Of a stretch of 36,903 nt of DNA, positions 7,103 to 16,281 are shown piece after piece. Position 1 is the first letter of the stretch. Every line of letters starts with the position of its first letter. The stretch lies in contig JAFTBD010000025.1 in the NCBI GenBank assembly GCA_017455385.1, forward strand, positions 1 to 36,903. Direction: 5' to 3'. Below the pieces are notes generated by a model. That model was given only the letters and a program-made list of their open reading frames with translations, was not told the DNA's origin and searched no databases. Source of the stretch: Clostridia bacterium. Lineage in GTDB: Bacteria > Bacillota > Clostridia > Christensenellales > CAG-1252. The translations under genes were made by a program, and so were the position numbers.

Positions 7103-8070
7103 TTGTACTTTACCTCCACCATTTTCAACATCAAGTAGTCCGCCACGTTCTGCGCGATACAATTCGCTTTGAGACGTATGCGGCAAGTCAACACTACGTC
7201 CAGCGCGGCGCCGAGCGCCGCCACCGTATACATTTCCGCTATTTCTCCGATCTCCTTTGCGCTCTCCGTGAGCACGAGAGGGAGCCCGAGATGGGCATTC
7301 ACCGCGTCGCCGAGCACGATCTCCAAGATGGAGAGTGTGGCGGGAAAACGCTCCTTCGAGAAGATGGGGGACTTGAGGTAGCCGCGTACGTCCGCGCTCC
7401 TTTTCAGCCCACACACCATCTCCGTTACTTCCGACACGTGACGGGAGAAGTCCTCATCCGCCGCGAGGATCCGCGCCCTCGTGAAACTCCCCTGCCCGAT
7501 ACGAGCGCCACGCTCTGCTCGATCCTCCTCCACACCGCTGCGGATGAGCCCTTCACGGATCGCTTCCGCGGGAAATGCGGTCAGGAGCACCTGTTTCGAT
7601 CTCGACAGAACGGTGGGGAGCACGCTGCCCGTATTCGCCGCCGAGAGGATGAAATGCACGTTCGGATAAGGCTCTTCCAAGGTCTTCAGGAGCTTATTCT
7701 GCGCAGCCTCGGACACCCGCTCGAAGTTCTTGAAGAAATAAAGCTTCGCGCCCCCTTCGAAGGAGGTCATCCCCGCGTCTTCGGTGAGGGCGGACATCTC
7801 CTCGACGGAGAAATTCTCATCCCCTTCCGCGAGAAACTTCACGTCGGGCTTGGAGCGCATCAAGATCTTGCGGCATTCTTTACACTCTTTGCACACGGTG
7901 TCGCAGTATACGCGCATCGCGATGAGGGAGAAGAGGGTGTCCACAGCGTCTTTGTCCTCCGAGACGATGAAATAGGCGTGCGACATCTCGCCGCGACGGA
8001 TGTCCGACTCGACAGTCCTATATGCGGAGGACGCTCTGACCTCTTTTTCGTATCGAAGATCTGCCTTCAT
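7093..8070 (-). CDS. holB: DNA polymerase III delta-prime subunit
   Basis: Motifs AQNKLLKTLEEP and TVLSRS, plus the Cys cluster CDTVCKECKECRK. The position between a yaaO-like gene and yaaT matches Bacillus synteny. It overlaps the ricT start by 10 nt. Confidence 0.8.
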   Translation of the reverse strand: MKADLRYEKEVRASSAYRTVESDIRRGEMSHAYFIVSEDKDAVDTLFSLIAMRVYCDTVCKECKECRKILMRSKPDVKFLAEGDENFSVEEMSALTEDAGMTSFEGGAKLYFFKNFERVSEAAQNKLLKTLEEPYPNVHFILSAANTGSVLPTVLSRSKQVLLTAFPAEAIREGLIRSGVEEDRAERGARIGQGSFTRARILAADEDFSRHVSEVTEMVCGLKRSADVRGYLKSPIFSKERFPATLSILEIVLGDAVNAHLGLPLVLTESAKEIGEIAEMYTVAALGAALDVVLTCRIRLKANCIAQNVADYLMLKMVEVKYKCR

Positions 8071-9245
8071 TTCGTCACTATTTTACCATCCACCGTCCCG
8101 AAAAGTCTATCTGAATTTTCCATAAGGACGCGGACGCTCTCTTCCGTAAATGATTCTCCCGCGAGGACGAGGGGCACCCCGGGGGGATAGACGCCGACGT
8201 CATGCGCGCTCATTTTTCCGACGAGGTGGGAGAGATTCTCCGTCACCGCATTCACGCCGCGAAACGCCGCGGCGAGGCGAAATGCATTCTTTAGGTGGCG
8301 GACGTTATAGGGCGTCACGATGAATGTCACCCTGTCCGCATCCGACGCTTCCGCGAAGATGCCGTGCTTCTCGAGGTGCGCCGCCAAGGCTTTACCGCCC
8401 CCTTTTCGGAGGATGACGACGCGCGTTTTGTCGTCATTCGGCAGGACTTCGACGGAAGGGTATTTCCGTTTGACCTCGGCGATGGCGTCGAGGACACGGA
8501 CGTACATCGTCTCCCCTTTCCTTTGGAACAAGTCCCTTGCGTAGTCCATACTGCTCATCACGAGGTAAGACGGACTGGTGCTCATCACGGTCGCCCGCGC
8601 GGCTTTCGTGTCTTCGTAGGCGTCCGCCCGTACGTGCAGGAGCGCGCCGCCCGTATAGACGGGCAATGTCTTATGCATCCCGTGCACGACGTAGTCTGCG
8701 TATTTCACCGCGCTCTCGGGCAATCTCGTACTGAAAGCGAAATGCGCGCCGTGCGCTTCGTCCACGAGAAGTTTCGCGCCTTTTTTCGACGCATAAGCGG
8801 CGAGCGCGGGGACGTCAACCGTTTCGCCGTAGTAATTCGGCGAGGTAACGCACAGTACGTCGAACGTTTCTTGCTCCAACTCGGCTAAGTCTTTCGCCCG
8901 AACGTATTCGAGGGAGAAGAGCCGCGCCGCAGAATAAAAGCTGACGTGCATATCGCCGAGAAAGGCGAATCTCTTCCCGCGTAACGACCACAGCGCCGTC
9001 TGCACCGCGTCGGTGGCGCCACCCGTGAAAAAGAGGGTCCGCTCCGCGCCGTACGCCTCGGCGGCGAGATTCTCCGCGGCGAGGATCACCCCCGTCGGAG
9101 ATTTGAGGTCGTCCGAAAAGGACAGCTCGGTGACGTCGTACGCGGCGGACGCGTATAGTCCGCGCCCCTTGCCGCCATGCGAGGGCATATGGAAACGCGC
9201 CTTGCACTTTTTATACTTGCGTACGGCGTCGTAAAGGGGTGTCAC
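8067..9245 (-). CDS. PLP-dependent Orn/Lys/Arg decarboxylase-family protein (YaaO-like, short form)
   Basis: FHMPSHGG near the N-terminus, DEAHGAHF, and GMHKTL (PLP-Lys motif S/G-x-HK). The GTG start overlaps the phosphoglucomutase stop (GTGA), and its own stop overlaps the holB ATG (ATGA). Confidence 0.7.
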   Translation of the reverse strand: MTPLYDAVRKYKKCKARFHMPSHGGKGRGLYASAAYDVTELSFSDDLKSPTGVILAAENLAAEAYGAERTLFFTGGATDAVQTALWSLRGKRFAFLGDMHVSFYSAARLFSLEYVRAKDLAELEQETFDVLCVTSPNYYGETVDVPALAAYASKKGAKLLVDEAHGAHFAFSTRLPESAVKYADYVVHGMHKTLPVYTGGALLHVRADAYEDTKAARATVMSTSPSYLVMSSMDYARDLFQRKGETMYVRVLDAIAEVKRKYPSVEVLPNDDKTRVVILRKGGGKALAAHLEKHGIFAEASDADRVTFIVTPYNVRHLKNAFRLAAAFRGVNAVTENLSHLVGKMSAHDVGVYPPGVPLVLAGESFTEESVRVLMENSDRLFGTVDGKIVTK

Positions 9246-10990
9246 GGCTCGACGTACCCCTTCATATCATTGAGGAGCGTCTCCGCTTTCTTCATCGCTT
9301 CTTCGGCATTTGCCGCCGCACAGGAAACGTAAAGTTTCAGCTTCGGCTCGGTGCCGCTCGGGCGGATGACCACCCAATCGCCCCCTTCGAGGAAATAATA
9401 CATCACGTCGCTCTTCGGGAAGTCGATATTCTCCTTTTTGCCCGAAGAATAGGTCTTTTCGCCCGCCAAGAAATCGGTAACGGACTCCACCTTATATCCC
9501 GCGATCTCGGTGATATCCACATCACGGAGCGCGCGGGTCTTCTCGCTCATGATCGCCATGCCCTGCAACCCTTTGAAATAGACGGAGATCGTCTTCTCCG
9601 CGTAGAAGCCGAGCTCGCGGAAGATCTGCTGCAGTCTCTCGTAAAGCCCGATGCCGATGCTCTTATAGTAGCACACCATCTCCGCGAAGAGCATGGTGGA
9701 CACCACGGCGTCTTTATCCTTGGCGTGCGTGCCCGCGAGGTAGCCGTAGCTTTCCTCGTAGCCGAACAGGAAGGTATGCGCGCCCGTCTTGTGGAAAAGG
9801 TCGATCTTCTCGCCGATGAATTTGAATCCCGTCAGCACGTCGAAACTGGTCGCGCCGTAATGCTCCGCCACCTTCCGCGCCAGCGAGGTGGTGACGATGG
9901 TCTTGACGACGGCGGCATTCTTCGGGAGAGTGCCTTTCTCTGTGTGGCGACGCAGGATGTAGTCCATCAGGAGGACGCCCGTCTGGTTGCCCGTCAAGAG
10001 CACGAAATCGCCCTTGTCGCTCCTGACCGCGACGCCCATTCTGTCCGCGTCGGGATCGGTGCCGATGACGACGTCGGAGCCGAGCTCCTCCGCCAGCTTG
10101 ATGCCGAGGGTCAGAGCGTCCGGCATCTCGGGATTCGGCATCTTCACCGTGGGGAATTCCGAATCGGGAAGCGCCTGCTCCGGCACGACGTTATAGGGGA
10201 TATGCATCCGAGAGAGGATGGTGGTGACGGGCTTGTAGCCGCTCCCGTGGAGGGGGGTATAGACGATCTTGAGGTTGCCGCCCTCTTTCGCCACCGCTTC
10301 GGGGGACAACGAGAGCTTCTCGATGACCTCGAAATACGCCTCGTCCACGCTCTTGCCAATGACGGTGATGTAGTCATTCAGGGCATAGCCGTCCTTGCCC
10401 ATCACGTTCTCGCGGGAAGGATCAACGTCCGCTTTTCGGACGCCGAAATAGTCGCGTTTCTCGATATACGAAACGACGCGCGCCGTCGCCTCGGGGGAGA
10501 GCTGCGCGCCGTCCTCGCCGTACACTTTATAACCATTGTACTCCTTGGGGTTATGGCTGGCGGTGATCATGATGCCCGAGAAGGTTTTGAGGTGACCGAC
10601 CGTGAAGGAACAGATGGGCACGGGGCGCACGTTCTCGAAAAGATACACTTTGATCTTGTTATAAGCCAAGACACGGGCCGCTTCCATCGCGAATTCAAAG
10701 CTCATTCGGCGGGTGTCATAGGAGATGACGACGCCGCGCTTCCTCGCTTCCGCACCCTCCGACGCGATGTAGTCCGCGAGTCCCGCGGTCGCACGCGCCA
10801 CGGTGTAAAGATTCATCTTGAAGGTGCCGAGCCCGATGGTGCCGCGCATCCCCGCCGTGCCGAAAGCAAGGGGGAGGCTGAAACGCTCTCTGAGCTCCTT
10901 GTCGTCTGCGGCGATGGCGTCGAGCTCCGCTCTCTCCTCCGCCGTAACACTCTCGTACCAATGTTTATAATTTTCGAGATAGGTCTCCAT
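9242..10990 (-). CDS. pgcA: Alpha-phosphoglucomutase / phosphomannomutase family (582 aa, PgcA-like)
   Basis: Active-site loop TASHNPKEYNGYK, plus GTAGMRG and GTDPDADR. A GGAGGG RBS precedes the ATG at 10990. Confidence 0.85.
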   Translation of the reverse strand: METYLENYKHWYESVTAEERAELDAIAADDKELRERFSLPLAFGTAGMRGTIGLGTFKMNLYTVARATAGLADYIASEGAEARKRGVVISYDTRRMSFEFAMEAARVLAYNKIKVYLFENVRPVPICSFTVGHLKTFSGIMITASHNPKEYNGYKVYGEDGAQLSPEATARVVSYIEKRDYFGVRKADVDPSRENVMGKDGYALNDYITVIGKSVDEAYFEVIEKLSLSPEAVAKEGGNLKIVYTPLHGSGYKPVTTILSRMHIPYNVVPEQALPDSEFPTVKMPNPEMPDALTLGIKLAEELGSDVVIGTDPDADRMGVAVRSDKGDFVLLTGNQTGVLLMDYILRRHTEKGTLPKNAAVVKTIVTTSLARKVAEHYGATSFDVLTGFKFIGEKIDLFHKTGAHTFLFGYEESYGYLAGTHAKDKDAVVSTMLFAEMVCYYKSIGIGLYERLQQIFRELGFYAEKTISVYFKGLQGMAIMSEKTRALRDVDITEIAGYKVESVTDFLAGEKTYSSGKKENIDFPKSDVMYYFLEGGDWVVIRPSGTEPKLKLYVSCAAANAEEAMKKAETLLNDMKGYVEP

Positions 10991-11014
10991 ATTTCCCTCC
11001 GATCTTATATTTCA

Positions 11015-11734
11015 TCATCTCATCCCGCCCGATACTTCCAGTATCTGACCGGTGATATAGTCCGACTTCTCATCCGCGAAGAAGAGCACCGCGTTCGCGA
11101 CGTCCTCCGCCTGCCCGCAACGCTTGACGGCGAGCTCGTCGATGAAAGCCTCCCTTTCCTCCTCGGAGAAACGGGCGTTCATCTTGGTGTCGATATACCC
11201 CGCCGCAACGACGTTCACCGTGATGCCGAGGTCTCCGACTTCTGCCGCGAAGGTCTTCGTGAAACTCTCCACCGCCGCCTTGGACGCGGCATACGCCCCC
11301 TCGCAGGGAGCGGGACGCGAGCCCCAAACGGAAGAGATGCTCACGATGCGACCGCCCGCGCGCATCCTTTGCGCCGCCCACGTAGAGGTGAGGAAGACAG
11401 AGCGCGCATTGACCGCGAAGATCCTGTCCCACGCCTCGACCGAGGTATCGATGAGGAGCCCGTATTCGTCTATCCCCGCCGCGTTCACGACGACGTCAGG
11501 GGTGCCGAAGGTGCTTTGCACCTTGTCGAGGACGCTGAGCGCGCCCGCAACGTCCGTGAAGTCGATCCTCTCCGCAACGGACAGGAGCCCCCTCGCGGCG
11601 CCTTCCGTCGCGAGAGCCTCCGCACTCGTTTTATCGTTATGATACAGGAGAGCCACCGAGTCCCCTTTCACGAAAAAGGCGCGAACGATCGCCTTGCCGA
11701 TATCTCCGCTCGCACCCGTCACCAATACTTTCAT
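11015..11734 (-). CDS. SDR-family oxidoreductase (FabG-like)
   Basis: MKVLVTGASGDIGKAI (TGxxxGIG), NAAG, S...YAASK catalytic motif, and AAGYIDT. I prefer the ATG at 11734 because it forms an ATGA overlap with the upstream stop. The track start at 11746 is also possible. Confidence 0.8.
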   Translation of the reverse strand: MKVLVTGASGDIGKAIVRAFFVKGDSVALLYHNDKTSAEALATEGAARGLLSVAERIDFTDVAGALSVLDKVQSTFGTPDVVVNAAGIDEYGLLIDTSVEAWDRIFAVNARSVFLTSTWAAQRMRAGGRIVSISSVWGSRPAPCEGAYAASKAAVESFTKTFAAEVGDLGITVNVVAAGYIDTKMNARFSEEEREAFIDELAVKRCGQAEDVANAVLFFADEKSDYITGQILEVSGGMR

Positions 11735-12513
11735 TGTTCGCTCCATTTCGCCTTGAGGGCGATGACCCCGCCCGTGAACAGGCGCTTTTCATTCTCCACG
11801 ATAAAGTCCGGCGTCAATGTCGTTACCACGAGGGTGGGATCCGCATACGAGACGAAGCCGACAAAACCCGCCGCCTCGAGCGGGAGAAGCGTCACCTCGT
11901 CTCCGAAAAGATAACTATCCCCATTGGGGTTCGCCGCATTCTTCGTATTCCGATATTGCACCTCGTACTCCACGCGTTCAATGCGCGCGCGAAGGACGAC
12001 GTCCCCTTTCGTACCCGCCGCGATGGTCGTCACGTTGCTCGTCGGGTCGTCGGCATAGCACCAACCGATGAATTTATATCCGAAGGGGATCGTGGTCTTA
12101 TAGGGCGCCTGCAAGACGATCTCCTCGGTGGAGTCGTACTCGGTGGGGTTCAGGGGCGAATTGACGACGCCGTCGAACTCGAAAAGATAGATGATCTTAT
12201 AACTTTTCGGCACTTCCACCGCGTAGAGGGTCATATCCGCCGTAACGGAAGAGGAATCGTCGTAACGATCTTTCTTCACGGGATCCGCCGTCCAGATATA
12301 GACGTTGCCGGGGGTCGCCTCCGCTTCGATGGTCGGGAGGGTGATCTTCTCACCGTCCGCTACCACGATGTCCGCGGGGACGTCCATCGACGCGACCGCA
12401 TACGACACGTCGAAATGCACCGTGCGGAAGACAGCCTCCTCCGTTTCTTTACAAGAAACGCAACAGACCAGCGTCGCCAAAATAAGAATGATGACCGTGA
12501 GAACTTTCCTCAT
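11731..12513 (-). CDS. Lipoprotein with Listeria-Bacteroides repeat-like segment; function unknown
   Basis: Signal and lipobox MRKVLTVIILILATLVCCVSC. GYKFIGWCYADDP resembles the InlB B-repeat motif also seen in the 1671..4160 protein. Confidence 0.6.
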   Translation of the reverse strand: MRKVLTVIILILATLVCCVSCKETEEAVFRTVHFDVSYAVASMDVPADIVVADGEKITLPTIEAEATPGNVYIWTADPVKKDRYDDSSSVTADMTLYAVEVPKSYKIIYLFEFDGVVNSPLNPTEYDSTEEIVLQAPYKTTIPFGYKFIGWCYADDPTSNVTTIAAGTKGDVVLRARIERVEYEVQYRNTKNAANPNGDSYLFGDEVTLLPLEAAGFVGFVSYADPTLVVTTLTPDFIVENEKRLFTGGVIALKAKWSEQ

Positions 12514-12514
12514 A

Positions 12515-13216
12515 TCAATCCATCGAAATGCTCAGATCGAACTTGTACTTCCCGCCGATACGCGCGACGACGACCTTGCCCATCAGCCACTCCGACTTGA
12601 TGGGACCGTAATCCTCGCTGTCATAGCTGTGATCGCGGTTGTCGCCGAGCACGAAAAGCTCCCCTTCCGCAACCGTCCAAGTCGCCGAGAGGGGATCCGC
12701 GTCCACGCCGAAACCGCAGACGTCTTTATTATGCATGATGACGCTCTCTTTCACGAGGGCGCCGTTGACGTAGAGATGCGCCAAGGTGGGCTCGGTCGCG
12801 TCCGCGCGAATGGTCACCGTGTCGCCGGGCAGTCCGACTACCCTCTTGATGACGCAGGTGTAATCGGCGTCCGCCGCTGTATTCTCCTCTTTCACGTGAG
12901 GAAACTTATTGATAAAAGGCAGTGAATTGAAAAAGTCTGCGAGAGTGATGCTGCCCGCCGGATTCTCCGACGTGACGTCACTGCTATTCGGACGGTAGAA
13001 GACTACGACGTCCCCGCGATCGATGGAATACAGCCTCTTCTGCACGAAGACGCGATCCCCCTCCGCATTGATGGTGGGATACATCGAGGAACCCACGACG
13101 CCCACCGGCGCCAAAAACATCTGTTGCACCACGCCGACCAGCACGATCGCGATCATCAAGCAGAGCACGATCTCCACGGCGAGTCTTAACGCTCTATGTC
13201 CTTCGTTCATACGCAC
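12515..13216 (-). CDS. lepB: Signal peptidase I (S26)
   Basis: GSSMYPTI (Ser box), IKRVVGLPGDTV (Lys box) and VLGDNRDHSYDSEDYGPI. The start is GTG at 13216, directly after the upstream stop, or ATG at 13210. Confidence 0.85.
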   Translation of the reverse strand: MRMNEGHRALRLAVEIVLCLMIAIVLVGVVQQMFLAPVGVVGSSMYPTINAEGDRVFVQKRLYSIDRGDVVVFYRPNSSDVTSENPAGSITLADFFNSLPFINKFPHVKEENTAADADYTCVIKRVVGLPGDTVTIRADATEPTLAHLYVNGALVKESVIMHNKDVCGFGVDADPLSATWTVAEGELFVLGDNRDHSYDSEDYGPIKSEWLMGKVVVARIGGKYKFDLSISMD

Positions 13217-14827
13217 CTACATCCACAGGAAATTATTATAGTATTTATCGTCCGTATCGGGAAGTATCATTCCGAGGAGACCGTCCCAGTCCTTCATCGG
13301 GATGAGATCCTCGGTCTTGAAGTCGTCCGTCTCGAGAGACAGCCGCGTCCACTCCTCCGCTTCTGCGTCGCACACGGCGGTATAAGCGACGATCCTATCC
13401 TCCTCCCGCTTGATGAGCATGATACGCACCTCGGACTCCGTGGCGGAATACACGCTGATATGCAGAGAAGACGCAGGCTCGTAACGACCCTCTTCTGCGA
13501 GGATATTCGTGCGAAGCATCCCCTTACCGAAAAAGCCGGGGACGCCGTCCGGAGACTCCGCGATCTTGAAATCGTCTTTATAAGAAATGAAAGTCCGCGC
13601 GGAATTGTCCGCATAGAAGCCGTGATCCGACTCGGTGTCCAAGAGGAACTGACTGACGTGATACGGGCGTATGGAAGTGACGAGCGTCCCGACGCCTTTC
13701 GTGGCGAGATTCATCCCGCCGCCCATCGTCGCCGTCGCGTAGGAGAGCACCTCGCGGTCACCCACCCATACGGGGACTTCGACGGTGAAACTGCCGTCTT
13801 CGTGCTTCGTCATCGGATAATCATGCCAATGGCGGTATTCCGCAGGCGCATTATTGTAAGAAACGTGCAAGATGGCGGAATTCAACTTCCCGAGCGGAGC
13901 GGCGAGCACGAAACGGAGAAGCCCCTCGCCCGGCTCGGAAGTCAGACGCAATTCGGGCGACACCTCTCCTTTCATGGACTTGTCCAGCCATTTATACGCC
14001 GACAAGAGGTCGGCTTCGTCGATCTGGCTATTGAGTCGCGGGGTGACGGTGACCGTGAAATGCACCGATTCGGGGATCTGATTCACCACCTCGCTGATCT
14101 TCTCCACGTCGCCGCCATGCGCATTGGCGCAGGTCACGACGAGACAGGGACATTTGATCATACGGGCGGCGGACTTGGCGCTGAGAGCCATAATGTAACT
14201 GTCCGCATTGGAGCTGTCCTCTTCGAGTACGGGAGGATCGGAATAGTCGCCCAAGACCGCGATGAGCGCGGCGATACGCGGATCCATCGCCGCCACCTGC
14301 CACGCGACGTCCGCCGCGGACAGAGCGCCCATAACGGATGTGCGCGCTTTCGGATAGAGATATTCGAGCAAGGTGACGGTACGGCGCACGATCTTCGCCC
14401 ACAGATAGACGGGGGAAGCCTTCGCCGAAGGCGTGGCGAGGTACCTGTCGGGGATGCCCGCCGCAAAAGAGGCGTATTCGTAGCCATCGGAATACTTCGT
14501 GGCGTTGCCCTCTTCGTCCTCGATGCCGCTGACGTCCACGGTGACCACCGCGAACCCGCGTTTCAGCAAATCGTCGAAACTGTCCGTGATGGGAGTCTGA
14601 TCCGGCTCGGTCAGGACGGAAACAAGCACTTTTTTCGGCTGAGCGACGGTGGTCTTCACCTCCGCGAACGCCCGCACTTGTCCGACCTCATCGGCTATCG
14701 CGGTGAAATATACACCTTTACGGTGTAAGTCGCCTTCTTCGACGTTGTATGCTATCGCCATATCGAGCGGTGCGCTCGCGGGATCGAAATCCTGCCACAG
14801 CTGCACCGGAGTAAGAAATTTGATCAT
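13217..14827 (-). CDS. Hypothetical 536-aa protein; N-terminal half resembles acetyl-xylan-esterase-type alpha/beta hydrolases but lacks a canonical GxSxG
   Basis: The layout KVLVSVLTE...GFAVVTVDVSG...VMGALSAADVAWQVAAMDPRIAALIAVLGDYSD parallels AXE1-like enzymes. GALSAA occupies the place of GGSQGG. The C-terminal ~250 aa are unassigned. Confidence 0.4.
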   Translation of the reverse strand: MIKFLTPVQLWQDFDPASAPLDMAIAYNVEEGDLHRKGVYFTAIADEVGQVRAFAEVKTTVAQPKKVLVSVLTEPDQTPITDSFDDLLKRGFAVVTVDVSGIEDEEGNATKYSDGYEYASFAAGIPDRYLATPSAKASPVYLWAKIVRRTVTLLEYLYPKARTSVMGALSAADVAWQVAAMDPRIAALIAVLGDYSDPPVLEEDSSNADSYIMALSAKSAARMIKCPCLVVTCANAHGGDVEKISEVVNQIPESVHFTVTVTPRLNSQIDEADLLSAYKWLDKSMKGEVSPELRLTSEPGEGLLRFVLAAPLGKLNSAILHVSYNNAPAEYRHWHDYPMTKHEDGSFTVEVPVWVGDREVLSYATATMGGGMNLATKGVGTLVTSIRPYHVSQFLLDTESDHGFYADNSARTFISYKDDFKIAESPDGVPGFFGKGMLRTNILAEEGRYEPASSLHISVYSATESEVRIMLIKREEDRIVAYTAVCDAEAEEWTRLSLETDDFKTEDLIPMKDWDGLLGMILPDTDDKYYNNFLWM

Positions 14828-14859
14828 CGATACGTCTCCGTAAATTTTGTCATGCGTGT

Positions 14860-14888
14860 ATTATACTCTAAATAACATCTTCTGTCAA
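14860..14888 (-). promoter_or_regulatory. Consensus sigma-70 promoter (TTGACA-17-TATAAT) heading the 14827-to-6155 gene cluster
   Basis: The plus strand shows attata at 14860..14865 and tgtcaa at 14883..14888, with an exact 17-nt spacer. A GGAG RBS lies 8 nt before the ATG at 14827. Confidence 0.7.
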
Positions 14889-14935
14889 TGGATTTGGCGA
14901 GTGAGCGTGCCCGCTCTCGCGAACGTGCGCGGCAG

Positions 14936-15457
14936 TTACCTCTCGACGACGATGCGAGCGATCTTATTTTTCCGCGGGAGCTTCTTCGCGAAAGACGCCT
15001 TTTTCGCCTCCCGTTTCTCCTCTGTCAGAGCGCGTTTCGACGCCTTTTTCTCTTCTCGGGCGGCTTGCCGCGCGAGGCGCCTTGCCGCCCTCTTCTCGCG
15101 GTACGGACGCAGGAAGTTCTCCCACCTTGAAAGTGCCTTCCCGTAGGCACTCGCAAGGGGCTCGACGAGCCTCCGCATCACCCGCCGAAAGGTCGGCTCG
15201 AACCGCTTGCAAAGAACTCTCGCGAGGAGCGCTCCGAATAAAAATGCCGCGAGAGAATATAGGCGAAATACCCCGCAGGCAACGTGATAGAGCGTAATGA
15301 AATAAAGCGCCCCCATCTCCGCCGCGATCATGACGTCGGTGACGGCGCGCGCCGCCTTCCCCGCTTTGCCGATCACATCCAAAGAAACGGCGAGGATCCC
15401 CGCCGCCATACCCGAGAGAAACATCGCGGCGAATATGCCGCATTCCACGAGGATCAT
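14936..15457 (-). CDS. yabQ: Spore cortex biosynthesis protein YabQ-like membrane protein
   Basis: Hydrophobic N-terminal half (GMAAGILAVSLDV..., GVFRLYSLAAFLFGALL) with a Lys/Arg/Glu-rich tail. It overlaps the yabP stop by 4 nt, the conserved yabP-yabQ arrangement. Confidence 0.6.
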   Translation of the reverse strand: MILVECGIFAAMFLSGMAAGILAVSLDVIGKAGKAARAVTDVMIAAEMGALYFITLYHVACGVFRLYSLAAFLFGALLARVLCKRFEPTFRRVMRRLVEPLASAYGKALSRWENFLRPYREKRAARRLARQAAREEKKASKRALTEEKREAKKASFAKKLPRKNKIARIVVER

Positions 15458-15720
15458 CGAAAGAGCCTTTTCAGAACGCTCTTCGGCTCCGACGCGGAAG
15501 TATATCTGAGGGAGAGGACCTCACCGGAAAGGACGAGAGCGCCCTCCTCGATGGAGAGTTTTTCCGCGCTGAATCCGCTCCCCGTCAGCGTGAGCCTTTT
15601 GTTCTCGAGAGCGAGACGCACCTCTTTCTCCCCCACGGCGATGACAGACTTGACGCCCGTGACGGTGATCGTATCCTTGATGATCAAACTGTGCTTTCTA
15701 TTGATAGCGGCTGTTTCCAT
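15454..15720 (-). CDS. yabP: Sporulation protein YabP
   Basis: HSLIIKDTITVTGVKSVIAVGEKEVRLALENKRLTLTGSGFSAEKLSIEEGALVLSGEVLSLRY matches the YabP repeat pattern. An AAAGGAGG RBS is present. Confidence 0.75.
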   Translation of the reverse strand: METAAINRKHSLIIKDTITVTGVKSVIAVGEKEVRLALENKRLTLTGSGFSAEKLSIEEGALVLSGEVLSLRYTSASEPKSVLKRLFR

Positions 15721-15741
15721 AGTACCTCCTTTATCCCGTAA

Positions 15742-15770
15742 TCATTATGACCGCGCCCGCTCGAATATGC
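15742..15770 (-). promoter_or_regulatory. Weak candidate mother-cell (sigma-E-like) promoter for yabPQ
   Basis: The minus strand reads GCATATT-14 nt-CATAATGA, compared with the sigma-E consensus xxATAxx-14-CATACAxT. The match is partial only. Confidence 0.25.
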
Positions 15771-15890
15771 CCTTTTAACCATTATAGATATGCGTGCGTA
15801 TACTATATTATATATTTGTTTTCTTCGGATAAATAGGGAGTTTTCTCGGAAATCTTTTTTCTTTTCCGTAAAAAAAGTGCATCAAAATGT

Positions 15891-15919
15891 TTGACAGACC
15901 GTTTATAGGGTGCTACAAT
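15891..15919 (+). promoter_or_regulatory. Sigma-70 promoter TTGACA-17-TACAAT driving the T-box leader
   Basis: ttgaca at 15891..15896 and tacaat at 15914..15919. Confidence 0.7.
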
Positions 15920-15925
15920 AGCATC

Positions 15926-16196
15926 AAACCGAAGAGGAAGAAGAGTACGCAGAGCCTCTCCCTTCACAGAGAGTCGCGGATGGTGGGATCGCGACAGGGA
16001 TACTTGGTGGAATGGGCTTCCGAGGGCGTAGCGGAAAGGGTTTCCCGAGTATGCGAGCCGGAGCACGATCTCCGTTAAAAACTCGAGCGCATAGCATAGT
16101 GCGTTAAAAGAGGGCGCGATAAGCGCCAAGCAGGGTGGCACCGCAGGATACAGTCCTGTCCCGGCAAAGAAGTATTTGCTTGGACGGGCTTTTTTA
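15926..16196 (+). promoter_or_regulatory. T-box leader (tRNA-sensing riboswitch), probable Trp (UGG) specifier
   Basis: The Stem I start gaagaggaagaagagta resembles the conserved GA/K-turn region. An AGAGAG bulge and a GGUGGGA distal loop are present. The specifier-loop candidate is uacuugguggaau, with UGG followed by A. The T-box sequence is agcagggtggcaccgcagg at 16129..16147. A terminator stem plus T-tract ends at 16196. Confidence 0.85.
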
Positions 16197-16281
16197 TTAC
16201 TCCCGAACAAGCGCGAAAACGGAATTATATGCCTAAAGGCATAAAAATGACCGCCATGGCGGAAAAAGGAGGATAAATACC

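Noticed and set aside
9239-11914. An 891-aa plus-strand ORF, and similar long ORFs at 13196..14728, 27003..28667, 29175..31196, 32940..34943, 7057..8190 and 16225..17016.
   Set aside because: All lie antisense to genes with clear family signatures (pgcA, SDR, typA, the giant lipoprotein, holB, trpB2). Their products are Arg/His/Asp/Gly-rich low-complexity strings with no RBS. That is the usual open antisense frame of GC-rich, codon-biased genes.
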